Below the pieces are notes generated by a model that saw only the letters and a program-made list of their open reading frames with translations, did not search any database and was not told where the DNA came from. 64,000 nt of DNA from positions 177,408 to 241,407 of the forward strand of contig JBJLES010000008.1 in the NCBI GenBank assembly GCA_045565775.1, in the 5' to 3' direction. Shown in pieces: positions 1-9,180 of the stretch; positions within the stretch are counted from its first letter, which is position 1; every line of letters begins with the position of its first letter. The position numbers and the translations under genes were made by a program. The DNA is from Pseudohongiellaceae bacterium. Its GTDB lineage: Bacteria; Pseudomonadota; Gammaproteobacteria; Pseudomonadales; Pseudohongiellaceae.

Positions 1-240
1 TACAGGTTACGGGCTTTTATCCATAAACAACTTGGATTCAGAAACTTCAATGCTATGCTACATGAATACCGTGTTGAAGATGCTAGCGTTCTTCTTGGTG
101 ATAGCGAAAATGCCAATGTCCCGGTATTAACGATTGCCCTTTCTGTCGGTTATCAATCTATAACGCCATTTAATAATGCGTTTCGGAAAATTAAGGGTGT
201 CACTCCCTCTGAGTACCGCAAACAGCAAAGAAGACGTTGA
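1..240 (+). CDS. AraC/XylS-family transcriptional regulator, C-terminal fragment (5' end lies outside the window)
   Basis: Frame 1 is open from base 1. The peptide LTIALSVGYQSITPFNNAFRKIKGVTPSEYRKQ matches the second helix-turn-helix of AraC-type regulators. Stop codon at 238-240. Confidence 0.7.
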   Translation, partial: YRLRAFIHKQLGFRNFNAMLHEYRVEDASVLLGDSENANVPVLTIALSVGYQSITPFNNAFRKIKGVTPSEYRKQQRRR

Positions 241-403
241 AAATCTAGAGACGAGTTACAAGCAGGAAGATGGGATGGCTAGATTTTAGGCGGCGCCTTG
301 GTTATTCTTATAAAAAATTAGAACGCATTGATGCCGAGCTCAGCTTTTTCTTTGCAAAACCAAAGTGGGCTAAGAATGGTTTGATAGTTTTGGAGGTTTT
401 TGA

Positions 404-973
404 GTGAACGAGCTTATCTACAATTTTGCGGTATGGTTGGACGATACCGCTTATAGCGCCATGCTGCATGAGTCGTATTACATGTATAACTGGGTTGAAT
501 CTACGCACGTTCTGACGCTGATGATTAGTCTTGGTATGTTGTTTCTAATTGATTTAAGAATGCTTGGATATGCTTTCCCCGACGTGCCAGCTTCCAAGAT
601 CGCAGAGCGCTTAAATGTGCCTATGCTTATTGGTTTCTCGGTAATGTTCGTGACTGGAATCCTTCTGTTTTATGCAGTACCAGTTCGGAGTTCACAAAGT
701 CTATGGTTTCGTATCAAATTAGTATTATTAGTGGCATGCGCCGTTAATGCATATCTGTTTCACAGAAGAATGAGCGACTCTGTATCAACGTGGGATGGCG
801 ATGCGAAAGCGCCCGATCGAATCAGGCTGGGCGCGTGGTTGTCACTTGGGTTTTGGTCGATCGTAGTTATATGTGGAAGATTCATCGCTTATGATTGGAT
901 GGATTGTATCAGGGACCAGCCTGCTTTCATTGAATTTTTGGCAGGCTGTATAGAGGGTCAGACTCGTTTCTAA
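404..973 (+). CDS. Four-helix membrane protein, uncharacterised family, type-1 member of a paired module (paralogue of 36196-36702 and 58866-59366)
   Basis: GTG start. Hydrophobic helices carry the shared motifs ESTH (helix 1), DLRMLG, F-x2-K-L-x6-A-x2-N and a C-terminal CGRFIAY, all repeated in the two paralogues. Confidence 0.65.
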   Translation: MNELIYNFAVWLDDTAYSAMLHESYYMYNWVESTHVLTLMISLGMLFLIDLRMLGYAFPDVPASKIAERLNVPMLIGFSVMFVTGILLFYAVPVRSSQSLWFRIKLVLLVACAVNAYLFHRRMSDSVSTWDGDAKAPDRIRLGAWLSLGFWSIVVICGRFIAYDWMDCIRDQPAFIEFLAGCIEGQTRF

Positions 974-1007
974 TTTAATGGCTATTTAAAAAACAGGATA
1001 TACTGCA

Positions 1008-1589
1008 ATGCCCACTTCAATATTAGGTCCCTACACGAGAACTATTGTGACAGGCGTTATCATTTGGATAACTGTTGTTTTTTGTTTTACATTAATGCCT
1101 AACGCTTATGTCGGAATATTCCCGTTCTTTGAGTGGATGGAAACTACTTGGTTTGGAGTAATAGGGAAAACATGGGGTGCCGCTTTTGCGTTTGTGCAAA
1201 CCATTCACCTCTTAAGCCTTGCATTATTAGGAGGCGCGGTTCTTGCGGCAGAGGGTCGCATACTGGGGCTTCTTCTCACAGATGTATCGGCGCAAATTGT
1301 TATCGAGCGGTGTCACGTATTGTTGGTCTGGGCATTGGTGCTGTTAATTTCAACCGGTGTATTTATGGCCTGCGGAGTCGCATTGAAAGTTTATTACTTG
1401 CCTGTCTTTTGGTACAAAATGTTGGCACTGGGCACTGGAATTTTGTTCCACTTTTATATCAGGAAGCCACTATTCAGATTTGATTTACAACAAATCAATC
1501 CGATTGTTGTGAAGATGACTGCTATCGCATCGATTCTCGTCTGGTTTATGGTGGCTGCTACTGGGCGCTGGATTGGCTTTAGTGGTTAA
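1008..1589 (+). CDS. Four-helix membrane protein, type-2 member of the paired module (paralogue of 36713-37216 and 59439-59978)
   Basis: Lies 34 nt downstream of the type-1 gene. Motifs are QTIHLL, GRILG, FWYKML and a C-terminal TGRWIGF. The overlapping ORF 1133-1483 in another frame has no such support. Confidence 0.65.
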   Translation: MPTSILGPYTRTIVTGVIIWITVVFCFTLMPNAYVGIFPFFEWMETTWFGVIGKTWGAAFAFVQTIHLLSLALLGGAVLAAEGRILGLLLTDVSAQIVIERCHVLLVWALVLLISTGVFMACGVALKVYYLPVFWYKMLALGTGILFHFYIRKPLFRFDLQQINPIVVKMTAIASILVWFMVAATGRWIGFSG

Positions 1590-1625
1590 TGTTTAGAGCT
1601 AAAATAGTGTTAAGGAGAAGTAAAC

Positions 1626-1796
1626 ATGACTGAGTCTAAAAACACAGATTACCAGGAAAAAACCGAAGACGAGCATTTGAAAGATTCGCAAAATTCTGCA
1701 TTCTTGGCCGCGGCAACAATTATTTTATTCTCTGGAGTCTACTGGGCGATCCAAATTGAATCGGTGAAAGAATTATTAATTCTTGCTTACGGTTAA
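1626..1796 (+). CDS. Small (56 aa) single-helix membrane protein, hypothetical
   Basis: Below the ORF-track length cut-off. An ATG at 1626 follows AAGGAG at about 1612-1617. It has an acidic N-terminus followed by one hydrophobic helix (AFLAAATIILFSGVYWAI). Stop TAA at 1794-1796. Confidence 0.4.
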   Translation: MTESKNTDYQEKTEDEHLKDSQNSAFLAAATIILFSGVYWAIQIESVKELLILAYG

Positions 1797-1855
1797 TTGA
1801 GTTATGCCAAGCTTAATCGCCGGGATTTGCACCCGGCAATTATCTAGGTGATGTT

Positions 1856-2314
1856 TTATTTCATCGGTGAATAATCAGTAGCCACCATATATTTGCGTTC
1901 GACACCAGCCAAAATTTGACCATTCTTATTGGACTCCTCCGCAACACTTGCCCACTCTGGATCAGCTCCAAATGCTTGCCATGATGCATCTGCAGCGTCT
2001 TGGCTGTCGTGGGCAAGTAAGTAAACTAAAATGTCATCTCTTTCTTCCTCGCTTGTGGGGGACCAAAAACCAACGATCTCCATGCCATGTTTGCGAAAAA
2101 TCCGTATGGTGTGGTCGCGGAAACGTGCATGTAGATTTCCAAGATTCCCTGGTGTTGCTTGGTAGGTTCGTAATTCAAAGACTTTTTGGTTTTGGGCAGA
2201 TGTCGAGTAGAAGGTCCCGGCGCCAAGCCCTACTATCAGTGATATACTAGAGATTGATAATATTTTTAGAAATTTTTCCACATTATGCTCCTTTTGATTG
2301 AACTTATTAGGCAA
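1856..2314 (-). CDS. NIPSNAP-family protein with an N-terminal signal or anchor
   Basis: VFELRTYQATPGNLGNLHARFRDHTIRIFRKHGMEIVGFW is the typical NIPSNAP dimeric alpha-beta barrel signature. A hydrophobic N-terminal segment precedes it. Confidence 0.7.
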   Translation of the reverse strand: MPNKFNQKEHNVEKFLKILSISSISLIVGLGAGTFYSTSAQNQKVFELRTYQATPGNLGNLHARFRDHTIRIFRKHGMEIVGFWSPTSEEERDDILVYLLAHDSQDAADASWQAFGADPEWASVAEESNKNGQILAGVERKYMVATDYSPMK

Positions 2315-2467
2315 TTACTGAGTATCAGTATAATCAAGGTTGTCCTTCATTTCACGGATAGAATATGTAATCGTAGTAACGGCGTATCAGTGACTTGCAC
2401 TGCTGTTTCGCACTTTCAGGGAATTGCCAACACGGGGACTACCTAAACCATAGGACGCTTAGCGATT

Positions 2468-3838
2468 ATGTGCCTTTGCAAAGCAATATTGAGGTGGGTC
2501 TTTTTACTGCCTAGTTTCTCAGTTCTTGGCCAGCAGGCCTTTATTTCGCAATATGAGGACCTAGATAAGGCACAGTTCTATGTTGAGGAACTGGAGCGGG
2601 AATATGGTCAAAATAGCCTTGCTTTAGCTGAACCCCTTTCTGAACTTGCCGGTTTATACACTCAGCACGGGCGTTATGAAGACGCGCATCGCTCGATAGA
2701 TAGAGCCACATTGATTATCAGGCGAGTTGAAGGGTTGTATACTCGTGAACAAATCCCTTATCTGCAGCAAAAAATAGAAAATTTCGCGGCTTCCTTCGAT
2801 TGGGTAAATGCGAGAGAGCAAATGGAGCACATATACTGGTTCTATCTTCAAAAGAGCCAAATTGCTGCTCCTGATTTAACCGAAGATCTTCTCCACCTCT
2901 CTGATATGCATATTAGAGGTGCGAATGAAGATTCCGTAGTTTATCAAAGTTATCATCTGCGTCGTGCGATGACCCTAAACTGGGCAGCTCTGGCCGTAGC
3001 TGAGAAAATGTTTACTGCTAACGATCAAAGGCTGGTAACAATAATTTATAAGTTGTTGAAACAGTATCATTTGCAACTCGTGGCGGTAAAGAATGGAGGT
3101 TCATTAGGATATCAGTTGCGAGAAATTTACCCAGGGTCAAATTTAGTTCGGTCCAGATCGGACACCCGGAAATATTTTTATTACATGGGGCGAAGGCTCT
3201 TAAACCAGCTTGCTGCTATCTACTCTGACCCGGATAGCTTAAATTTTGAGGCCCAAGCGATGGTTTCCTTGTATGTTGCGGATTGGCAGGTTATTTTTGG
3301 CAGACATGCAGAGGCTCTGCAAACTTATCAGGGCTCGTTTGATGAGTTAACGAAAATATCGGGAGAACAAGCGAGTTCCTTGTTCGAAAGCCCAAGGCTA
3401 ATTCCTGTGCAAGACTTTCATGATTCCATCGAAGGGGCGATTGACGCAGACAAAAGTGCTGGTTTTGTGAGTGAGGGAGGAATCAACGGTAATTCACAGC
3501 CAATGGTATTTTTAGAATCTGGAGCCGGTTTCCCAAATATTGGACAGTCTTCTGAGTTTTCAATGGCCGATGACATTCTGCTCAGCAGAGCATTATTCAC
3601 GTTTGAGCTCCCAGAAGTGGTTGATAACGTGTCTCGGCGTTCACGTATGAGGAAGATGCCGTTTGGTAAACCGGTGAATGCTAAGATCCTAGAATTAGAA
3701 GGGGGAAGTTTAGATCAGCGTGAAATCTTTGAAAATCGTATTCAGGACCTTTCGTTTCGGCCGAAATTATTAATGGGCGTGCCTCAAGCGACGGAAATTA
3801 CGCTGGAATACAAGATGTTCTCGAAACTCAAGAATTAA
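2468..3838 (+). CDS. Hypothetical secreted protein with a TPR-like N-terminal region
   Basis: A 456 aa ORF with a signal-like N-terminus (VFLLPSFSVLGQQ). The helical repeat-like segment (LAEPLSELAGLYTQHGRYEDAHRSIDRA) is the only recognisable motif. Confidence 0.45.
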   Translation: MCLCKAILRWVFLLPSFSVLGQQAFISQYEDLDKAQFYVEELEREYGQNSLALAEPLSELAGLYTQHGRYEDAHRSIDRATLIIRRVEGLYTREQIPYLQQKIENFAASFDWVNAREQMEHIYWFYLQKSQIAAPDLTEDLLHLSDMHIRGANEDSVVYQSYHLRRAMTLNWAALAVAEKMFTANDQRLVTIIYKLLKQYHLQLVAVKNGGSLGYQLREIYPGSNLVRSRSDTRKYFYYMGRRLLNQLAAIYSDPDSLNFEAQAMVSLYVADWQVIFGRHAEALQTYQGSFDELTKISGEQASSLFESPRLIPVQDFHDSIEGAIDADKSAGFVSEGGINGNSQPMVFLESGAGFPNIGQSSEFSMADDILLSRALFTFELPEVVDNVSRRSRMRKMPFGKPVNAKILELEGGSLDQREIFENRIQDLSFRPKLLMGVPQATEITLEYKMFSKLKN

Positions 3839-3932
3839 ATTTTTCGATGTGTGGCTTCATTAGGTATCCTAACTTAGTCCAAAGGGTTCAGAATAGACTA
3901 GTGGTGGTTTTAGGCGATAATAGAGGGAAATT

Positions 3933-4166
3933 TTGGAAAATATATTAAACCAAGGGTTCGGGCTTGCCTTATTCGGGATGATAACAGTCTTTTCGTTTTT
4001 GACACTGTTGATTATTGCGACTCGATTAATGTCATTCTTAGTTTCTCGGTTAGACAAAGAGCAAGACCTGCCTCTTGCAAACACAGAGCCGCTGCAAGAG
4101 AATCATCCGCCGATTACTGTCATTATGGCGGCAATTGCACATTACTTATCTAGAAGGCAATCTTAG
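3933..4166 (+). CDS. oadG: Oxaloacetate decarboxylase gamma subunit
   Basis: TTG start preceded by AGAGGGAAA. A small protein with one N-terminal helix ([20 protein letters not shown]) typical of OadG, immediately upstream of oadA and oadB. Confidence 0.7.
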   Translation: MENILNQGFGLALFGMITVFSFLTLLIIATRLMSFLVSRLDKEQDLPLANTEPLQENHPPITVIMAAIAHYLSRRQS

Positions 4167-4210
4167 GCTTAGCATTCATCGCTCAATCAGAATGGAATCG
4201 GAAGCTAATT

Positions 4211-6004
4211 ATGAGCACCACAAAAAATCCATTAGGTCTTACAGAACTCGTTCTGCGGGATGCGCACCAATCTCTTCTGGCGACTCGTATGCGAATAGAA
4301 GACATGCTACCGATCGCAGGCAAACTCGATCAGGTAGGTTTTTGGTCGATTGAGTCTTGGGGTGGTGCCACATTTGATGCTTGTATTCGGTACCTAGGCG
4401 AAGATCCTTGGGAACGAATTCGAAAATTTAAACAAGCAATGCCAAACACGCCCCAACAAATGTTGTTGCGAGGGCAAAATATTCTGGGTTATCGACACTA
4501 TGCCGACGATCTGGTTACTAAATTCGTCGAAAGAGCCGCAGAAAACGGAGTTGATGTTTTTCGTATTTTCGATGCTATGAATGATATGAGAAATTTAGAG
4601 ACTGCTGTTAAGTCGGTACGTAAAGTTGGTAAGCATGCGCAAGGAACCATGTCTTACACTATAAGCCCGGTATACACGATTCAAAGTTGGCTGGATATGG
4701 CAAAAGAAATTGAGGATATGGGTGCGGACTCACTATGTATCAAAGATATGGCCGGGCTATTGAAGCCATACGTGGCATTTGAGTTGATTTCAAAATTAAA
4801 AGAGACAATTTCGCTACCTATACATATGCAGTGCCACGCTACAACAGGCCTCTCTACGGCGACTTACGTGAAAGCTATCGAAGCCGGAATTGATAATTTG
4901 GATACTGCGATTTCGTCCATGAGTATGACTTATGGCCATTCTCCCACCGAAACCTTTGTTTCTATGCTTGATGGTGAAGATAGAAGTACGGGACTAGACA
5001 TAGAATTGTTAGAAGAGATCGCAAGCTACTTTCGAAAGATTCGGGAGAAGTATTCAAAGTTTGAGGGGCAACTTAAGGGCGTAGACTCTCGTATATTGGT
5101 TGCCCAAGTTCCGGGTGGCATGTTGACGAATCTAGAAAATCAGCTGCGAGAGCAAAGCGCGAGTGATCGACTTGATGAAGTGTTGCAAGAAATACCGGGG
5201 GTTAGAAAGGATTTAGGATTCATTCCCTTGGTTACGCCAACGTCGCAGATTGTGGGTACACAAGCTGTTTTAAATGTATTAGCTGGAGAACGGTATAAAA
5301 ACATAACAAAGGAGACTCAGGGAGTCTTAAAGGGTGAGTACGGAGCCACTCCAGCCCCTGTGAACGGTGAGCTTCAGAACAAAGTCTTAGCTGGTTCTGA
5401 TCCGATTGAGTGTCGACCAGCCGACCTTCTAGAGCCAGAGTTTGAAAAACAAAAGATCGAGCTATTAACTCTCGCTAAAAAAGAACGCGTAGCTATCAAA
5501 AATGAGTTTGACGATACCCTGACTTACGCGTTATTTCCGCAGGCTGGTTGGAAGTTTATAAAGAATAGAGGCAATCCCTCTATGTTTGAACCTAAGCCAA
5601 GTGATGAAAAGAAAGAGCCGAATGTTTCAACCTCCGAGAAACGCGATCCCGGAGTTTACACTGTGGAGGTTGAAAACAAATCTTATGTCGTGAGGGTAAC
5701 AGAGGGCCTTGGAGTAACGAAAATAGATCCTGCGAAGAAGAATATGCCTGATATAACTGACGCGAATGCGAAGCAAGCAGGTGATAAGGCTACTACGGAG
5801 GTCACAGCACCGTTAGCGGGCAATGTCTTCACCGTCAACGTAAACATTGGTCAGGACGTAAGCGAAGGTGATACCGTGCTGGTTCTTGAAGCAATGAAAA
5901 TGGAGACAGATATAAGAGCGAATGGGTCAGGGAAGGTTGCCGAAATTAAGGTAGAATCAGGCGATGCGGTAAAAGTTGGTGATGTCTTGTTAACTCTCAA
6001 CTAA
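4211..6004 (+). CDS. oadA: Oxaloacetate decarboxylase alpha subunit (carboxyltransferase plus biotin carrier)
   Basis: N-terminal HMGL-like carboxyltransferase domain ([13 protein letters not shown]). C-terminal biotinyl domain with the EAMKME biotinylation motif. Confidence 0.93.
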   Translation: MSTTKNPLGLTELVLRDAHQSLLATRMRIEDMLPIAGKLDQVGFWSIESWGGATFDACIRYLGEDPWERIRKFKQAMPNTPQQMLLRGQNILGYRHYADDLVTKFVERAAENGVDVFRIFDAMNDMRNLETAVKSVRKVGKHAQGTMSYTISPVYTIQSWLDMAKEIEDMGADSLCIKDMAGLLKPYVAFELISKLKETISLPIHMQCHATTGLSTATYVKAIEAGIDNLDTAISSMSMTYGHSPTETFVSMLDGEDRSTGLDIELLEEIASYFRKIREKYSKFEGQLKGVDSRILVAQVPGGMLTNLENQLREQSASDRLDEVLQEIPGVRKDLGFIPLVTPTSQIVGTQAVLNVLAGERYKNITKETQGVLKGEYGATPAPVNGELQNKVLAGSDPIECRPADLLEPEFEKQKIELLTLAKKERVAIKNEFDDTLTYALFPQAGWKFIKNRGNPSMFEPKPSDEKKEPNVSTSEKRDPGVYTVEVENKSYVVRVTEGLGVTKIDPAKKNMPDITDANAKQAGDKATTEVTAPLAGNVFTVNVNIGQDVSEGDTVLVLEAMKMETDIRANGSGKVAEIKVESGDAVKVGDVLLTLN

Positions 6005-6016
6005 GCGGATAAGTTC

Positions 6017-7150
6017 ATGAATCAGCTTTGGACGTTTTGGCAAAATACTGGGATGTACCAGCTTAGCGTAGAACAGTTCATAATGATCCTCATTGGATTA
6101 CTCCTACTTTATCTAGCAATTATTAAGCAGTTTGAGCCTTTGCTGCTCATCCCAATTGGTTTTGGAGGCATCCTCTCAAATATTCCAGGAGTAGACATTG
6201 CTGTCGGTAATGGTGTGCTTGCACAGTTTTCGGCTATGGGGTTAGATACCGGCATTTTCCCTCTGCTTGTTTTTATGGGAATTGGGGCAATGACCGATTT
6301 TGGGCCATTGTTGGCTAATCCAAAAACAATGTTGTTAGGTGCGGCGGCTCAGTTTGGTATCTTTTCAACATTGCTCGGCGCAATTGCGATGAATGAAATT
6401 GGTATGTTCGATTTCACTCTACCACAGGCTGCGGCCATAGGAATAATAGGGGGGGCAGATGGCCCCACCGCCATATATGTCTCAAGTGTTTTAGCTCCAG
6501 AACTGCTCGGAGCTATTGCCGTCGCGGCCTATTCTTATATGGCACTTGTCCCTCTGATTCAGCCGCCAATAATGAGAGCACTGACCTCGCAAAAAGAGCG
6601 GAAGATTCGAATGCAAGTTATGCGCGAAGTTCCTCAGACTGAGAAAGTTTTGTTCCCCCTCGTGTTGCTTCTCCTGGTAGCGTTGATAGTGCCCGGTGCT
6701 GCGCCTTTGCTTGGCATGTTTTGTTTTGGCAATCTAATGAAAGAATGTAGGGTGGTCGCCCGCCTATCGGACACGGCACAAAACGCTCTTATTAATATTG
6801 CTACCATATTTCTAGGCTTGTCAGTTGGATCTAAATTAGTTGCTGATGAGTTTTTAGTGGGTGAAACTCTGGGGATATTGGCTTTGGGGATCGTTGCTTT
6901 TGGCATAGGGACCATGACTGGTGTACTTATGGCCAAACTAATGAATCTGTTCTCTAAAAATAAGATTAATCCTTTGATTGGTGCAGCCGGTGTTTCGGCT
7001 GTACCAATGGCAGCAAGAGTTGCTAACAAGGTGGGCATCGAATCCGATCCAGATAACTTTCTTATCATGCACGCAATGGGGCCGAATGTAGCTGGAGTGA
7101 TTGGCTCAACAATAGCCGCAGGTGTCTTAATTCAATTTGCTGCAGGGTGA
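6017..7150 (+). CDS. oadB: Oxaloacetate decarboxylase beta subunit (Na+ pump)
   Basis: Polytopic 377 aa protein with sequence typical of Na+-transporting decarboxylase beta subunits ([24 protein letters not shown]). Lies 12 nt after oadA. Confidence 0.93.
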   Translation: MNQLWTFWQNTGMYQLSVEQFIMILIGLLLLYLAIIKQFEPLLLIPIGFGGILSNIPGVDIAVGNGVLAQFSAMGLDTGIFPLLVFMGIGAMTDFGPLLANPKTMLLGAAAQFGIFSTLLGAIAMNEIGMFDFTLPQAAAIGIIGGADGPTAIYVSSVLAPELLGAIAVAAYSYMALVPLIQPPIMRALTSQKERKIRMQVMREVPQTEKVLFPLVLLLLVALIVPGAAPLLGMFCFGNLMKECRVVARLSDTAQNALINIATIFLGLSVGSKLVADEFLVGETLGILALGIVAFGIGTMTGVLMAKLMNLFSKNKINPLIGAAGVSAVPMAARVANKVGIESDPDNFLIMHAMGPNVAGVIGSTIAAGVLIQFAAG

Positions 7151-7222
7151 TCTTCTCTTCGTAGATATTTTTATGAGGGATAATTGATAAAGTGGCATCG
7201 GACTATAGTGTCGACCGATGGA

Positions 7223-8005
7223 TTAAGACTCATCTTCAAAAACGTTTTGTTGCATAGTCTCTGCAGGCGCATCTGACGCTGGCGTGCCAACATTTCTCGC
7301 GGGAACTCCAACGACTGTGGTATGTGGCGGGACACTATTAAGTACTACACTTCCGGCACCAACCTTAGCACCTTCTCCTACTTCAATGTTCCCAAGAACT
7401 CTCGCTCCAGCAGAGATGAGTACGCCAGACCGAATTTTTGGATGGCGGTTACCCTGTTCGTTGCCAGTGCCACCGAGAGTGACTTGTTGTAAGATAGAGA
7501 CATTGTCTTCAATCACGGTTGTCTCTCCAATGACGATTCCTGTAGCGTGATCAAACATAATGCCGTTTCCCATCTCGCATGCGGGATGGATGTCAACGGA
7601 AAAAACTTCGGAGTTTCGGCTTTGAATAAACAATGCTAACTCTTGGCGATTATTTTTCCACAGAAAGTTTGCTAATCGGTGAACCTGAATCGATTGGTAC
7701 CCCTTTAAGTGCAAAATGACTGAAAGAAAAGTGCAGATCGCTGGATCTCTATCGAAGACTGCTTGGATGTCTGCTATTGAGCTTTGAATAATTAAGGGGG
7801 AGGAGTCAAAAATCTCAGAGAATAGGGATTTTAATGTGGTTTGAGACATGACATTATCGGAAAGCTTATTGGCGAGAATAAAGCTAAGCGCAGACTCGAA
7901 TGAATTATGCTCCAGAATGCACTTCGTGACATAATCTGAAAGTAAAGCCTCTTCTACGCCAATTTTCCTTGCTTCTTCGTTGAGTTGGTCCCAAACTTTA
8001 TTCAT
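7223..8005 (-). CDS. cysE: Serine O-acetyltransferase
   Basis: N-terminal SATase helical domain plus hexapeptide repeats with the NRHPKIRSGVLISAGARVLGNIEVGEGAKVGAGSVV signature. Confidence 0.9.
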   Translation of the reverse strand: MNKVWDQLNEEARKIGVEEALLSDYVTKCILEHNSFESALSFILANKLSDNVMSQTTLKSLFSEIFDSSPLIIQSSIADIQAVFDRDPAICTFLSVILHLKGYQSIQVHRLANFLWKNNRQELALFIQSRNSEVFSVDIHPACEMGNGIMFDHATGIVIGETTVIEDNVSILQQVTLGGTGNEQGNRHPKIRSGVLISAGARVLGNIEVGEGAKVGAGSVVLNSVPPHTTVVGVPARNVGTPASDAPAETMQQNVFEDES

Positions 8006-8246
8006 TATTCCTTGACCGGCTGCGTTTTGTGAAGACTTGATTATACGGTTTGGGGTCTTCTATACAACAATGAATTTAATGTTAACTATGAAGTGTAAAC
8101 TTCCTTGAGATAGACTTTGATTTTAACACTCCCATGGTAATATGAATCATTCAAGCGTTAGTTGAATAGAAGACTCAATTTAGGTCTGGATAGAGATTTT
8201 ATAGAGTTGTGTCAGAATCGATCTGGCGCAAAAATGGTTATTCCCG

Positions 8247-9179
8247 ATGCGAGATGCTTTTAAAATGCGTTTAAATATAGTTATCTGGCTTGCCTGGGTT
8301 ATTACGTTTGATGCGGGTGCGCAGGAAATCTCTCAGTACCAATACTGGTTAGAACTCTCTTCCGCTGATCAAACTTATGCTGATAGATCTGCTGAAATTG
8401 GCCGCACTGAAGCATTTCGAGAATTTTTGGGTCAGGGCTCGATAGTTTTTCGTGAGAGCCGAGGACCAGTTGATGCTTTGGAAGAGTACCTTTCTGCGAA
8501 TTATAGAGTCGACGAATTAACATGGGAGTCGCATTATATTGATGTTTCTCGAGATGGTGACCTTGGTTTAACTGCTGGCCCCTATGAGTCGAGAGATCGA
8601 TCTAACGAATCCGATCAGTATTTCTTTGGACACTTAGTCTCGGTCTGGAAAAGGAGTGATCGTGGGTGGGAGTTGATGGCAGATATAGCTGCAGGTATCC
8701 CTGGTTATCTTCGTCTTAACGTGGAGCCAAATTATGATGATACCCGACCCGTGCTTGACGAGACCGCGGCGCCAGGAACAGGATCATTAGAAGTTAATGA
8801 TATGCAAAGTCTGGTTGATGCCGACAATCTATTTGGTCTGTCAATTAACTTCCGCGGCGGACAGCGCGCTTTGCTTCGGTATGGTCTTGAGAGCACTAGG
8901 GTCTATCTGCCGGGTATGGGGCCGGCCATTGGTGCTGAGGCAAGTTCTGTATATGGCGCGTATCTGGATAACGAAATATCCACTTCTAATCCAATAAATC
9001 TCACCCATATGGGTGGGTTTCTCTCTACTTCGAAAGAGATGGGATATACCTATGGGATTATGGAGACGGATGAAAGCTTAGACGATAGCTCTGCATTTAG
9101 AGCTGGATACTTACGTCAATGGCGTTTTAAAGAGAATAACGAATGGGGGATTGCACTTGAGGTTTTAAGGCCTCTATAA
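8247..9179 (+). CDS. Hypothetical secreted protein
   Basis: A 310 aa ORF with a signal-like N-terminus (the probable start is MRLNIVIWLAW at 8265). No family motif recognised. Confidence 0.45.
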   Translation: MRDAFKMRLNIVIWLAWVITFDAGAQEISQYQYWLELSSADQTYADRSAEIGRTEAFREFLGQGSIVFRESRGPVDALEEYLSANYRVDELTWESHYIDVSRDGDLGLTAGPYESRDRSNESDQYFFGHLVSVWKRSDRGWELMADIAAGIPGYLRLNVEPNYDDTRPVLDETAAPGTGSLEVNDMQSLVDADNLFGLSINFRGGQRALLRYGLESTRVYLPGMGPAIGAEASSVYGAYLDNEISTSNPINLTHMGGFLSTSKEMGYTYGIMETDESLDDSSAFRAGYLRQWRFKENNEWGIALEVLRPL

Positions 9180-9180
9180 A

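Noticed and set aside
241-288. An inverted repeat AAATCTAG...CTAGATTT downstream of the AraC-family gene
   Set aside because: It has an 8-bp stem with a loop of about 30 nt and no T-tract, so it is not convincing as a terminator or operator.
1133-1483. A 116-aa ORF in an alternative frame inside 1008-1589
   Set aside because: Its composition is Cys/Arg-rich and non-protein-like. The overlapping frame encodes a membrane protein supported by two paralogues.
6634-7068. A 144-aa antisense ORF within oadB
   Set aside because: It is a shadow ORF opposite a highly conserved gene, with no motifs and no SD-like start context.
7196-7220. A hairpin CATCGGAC...GTCGACCGATG between the convergent oadB and cysE, considered as a terminator
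   Set aside because: The stem is imperfect and has no flanking T-tract on either strand.
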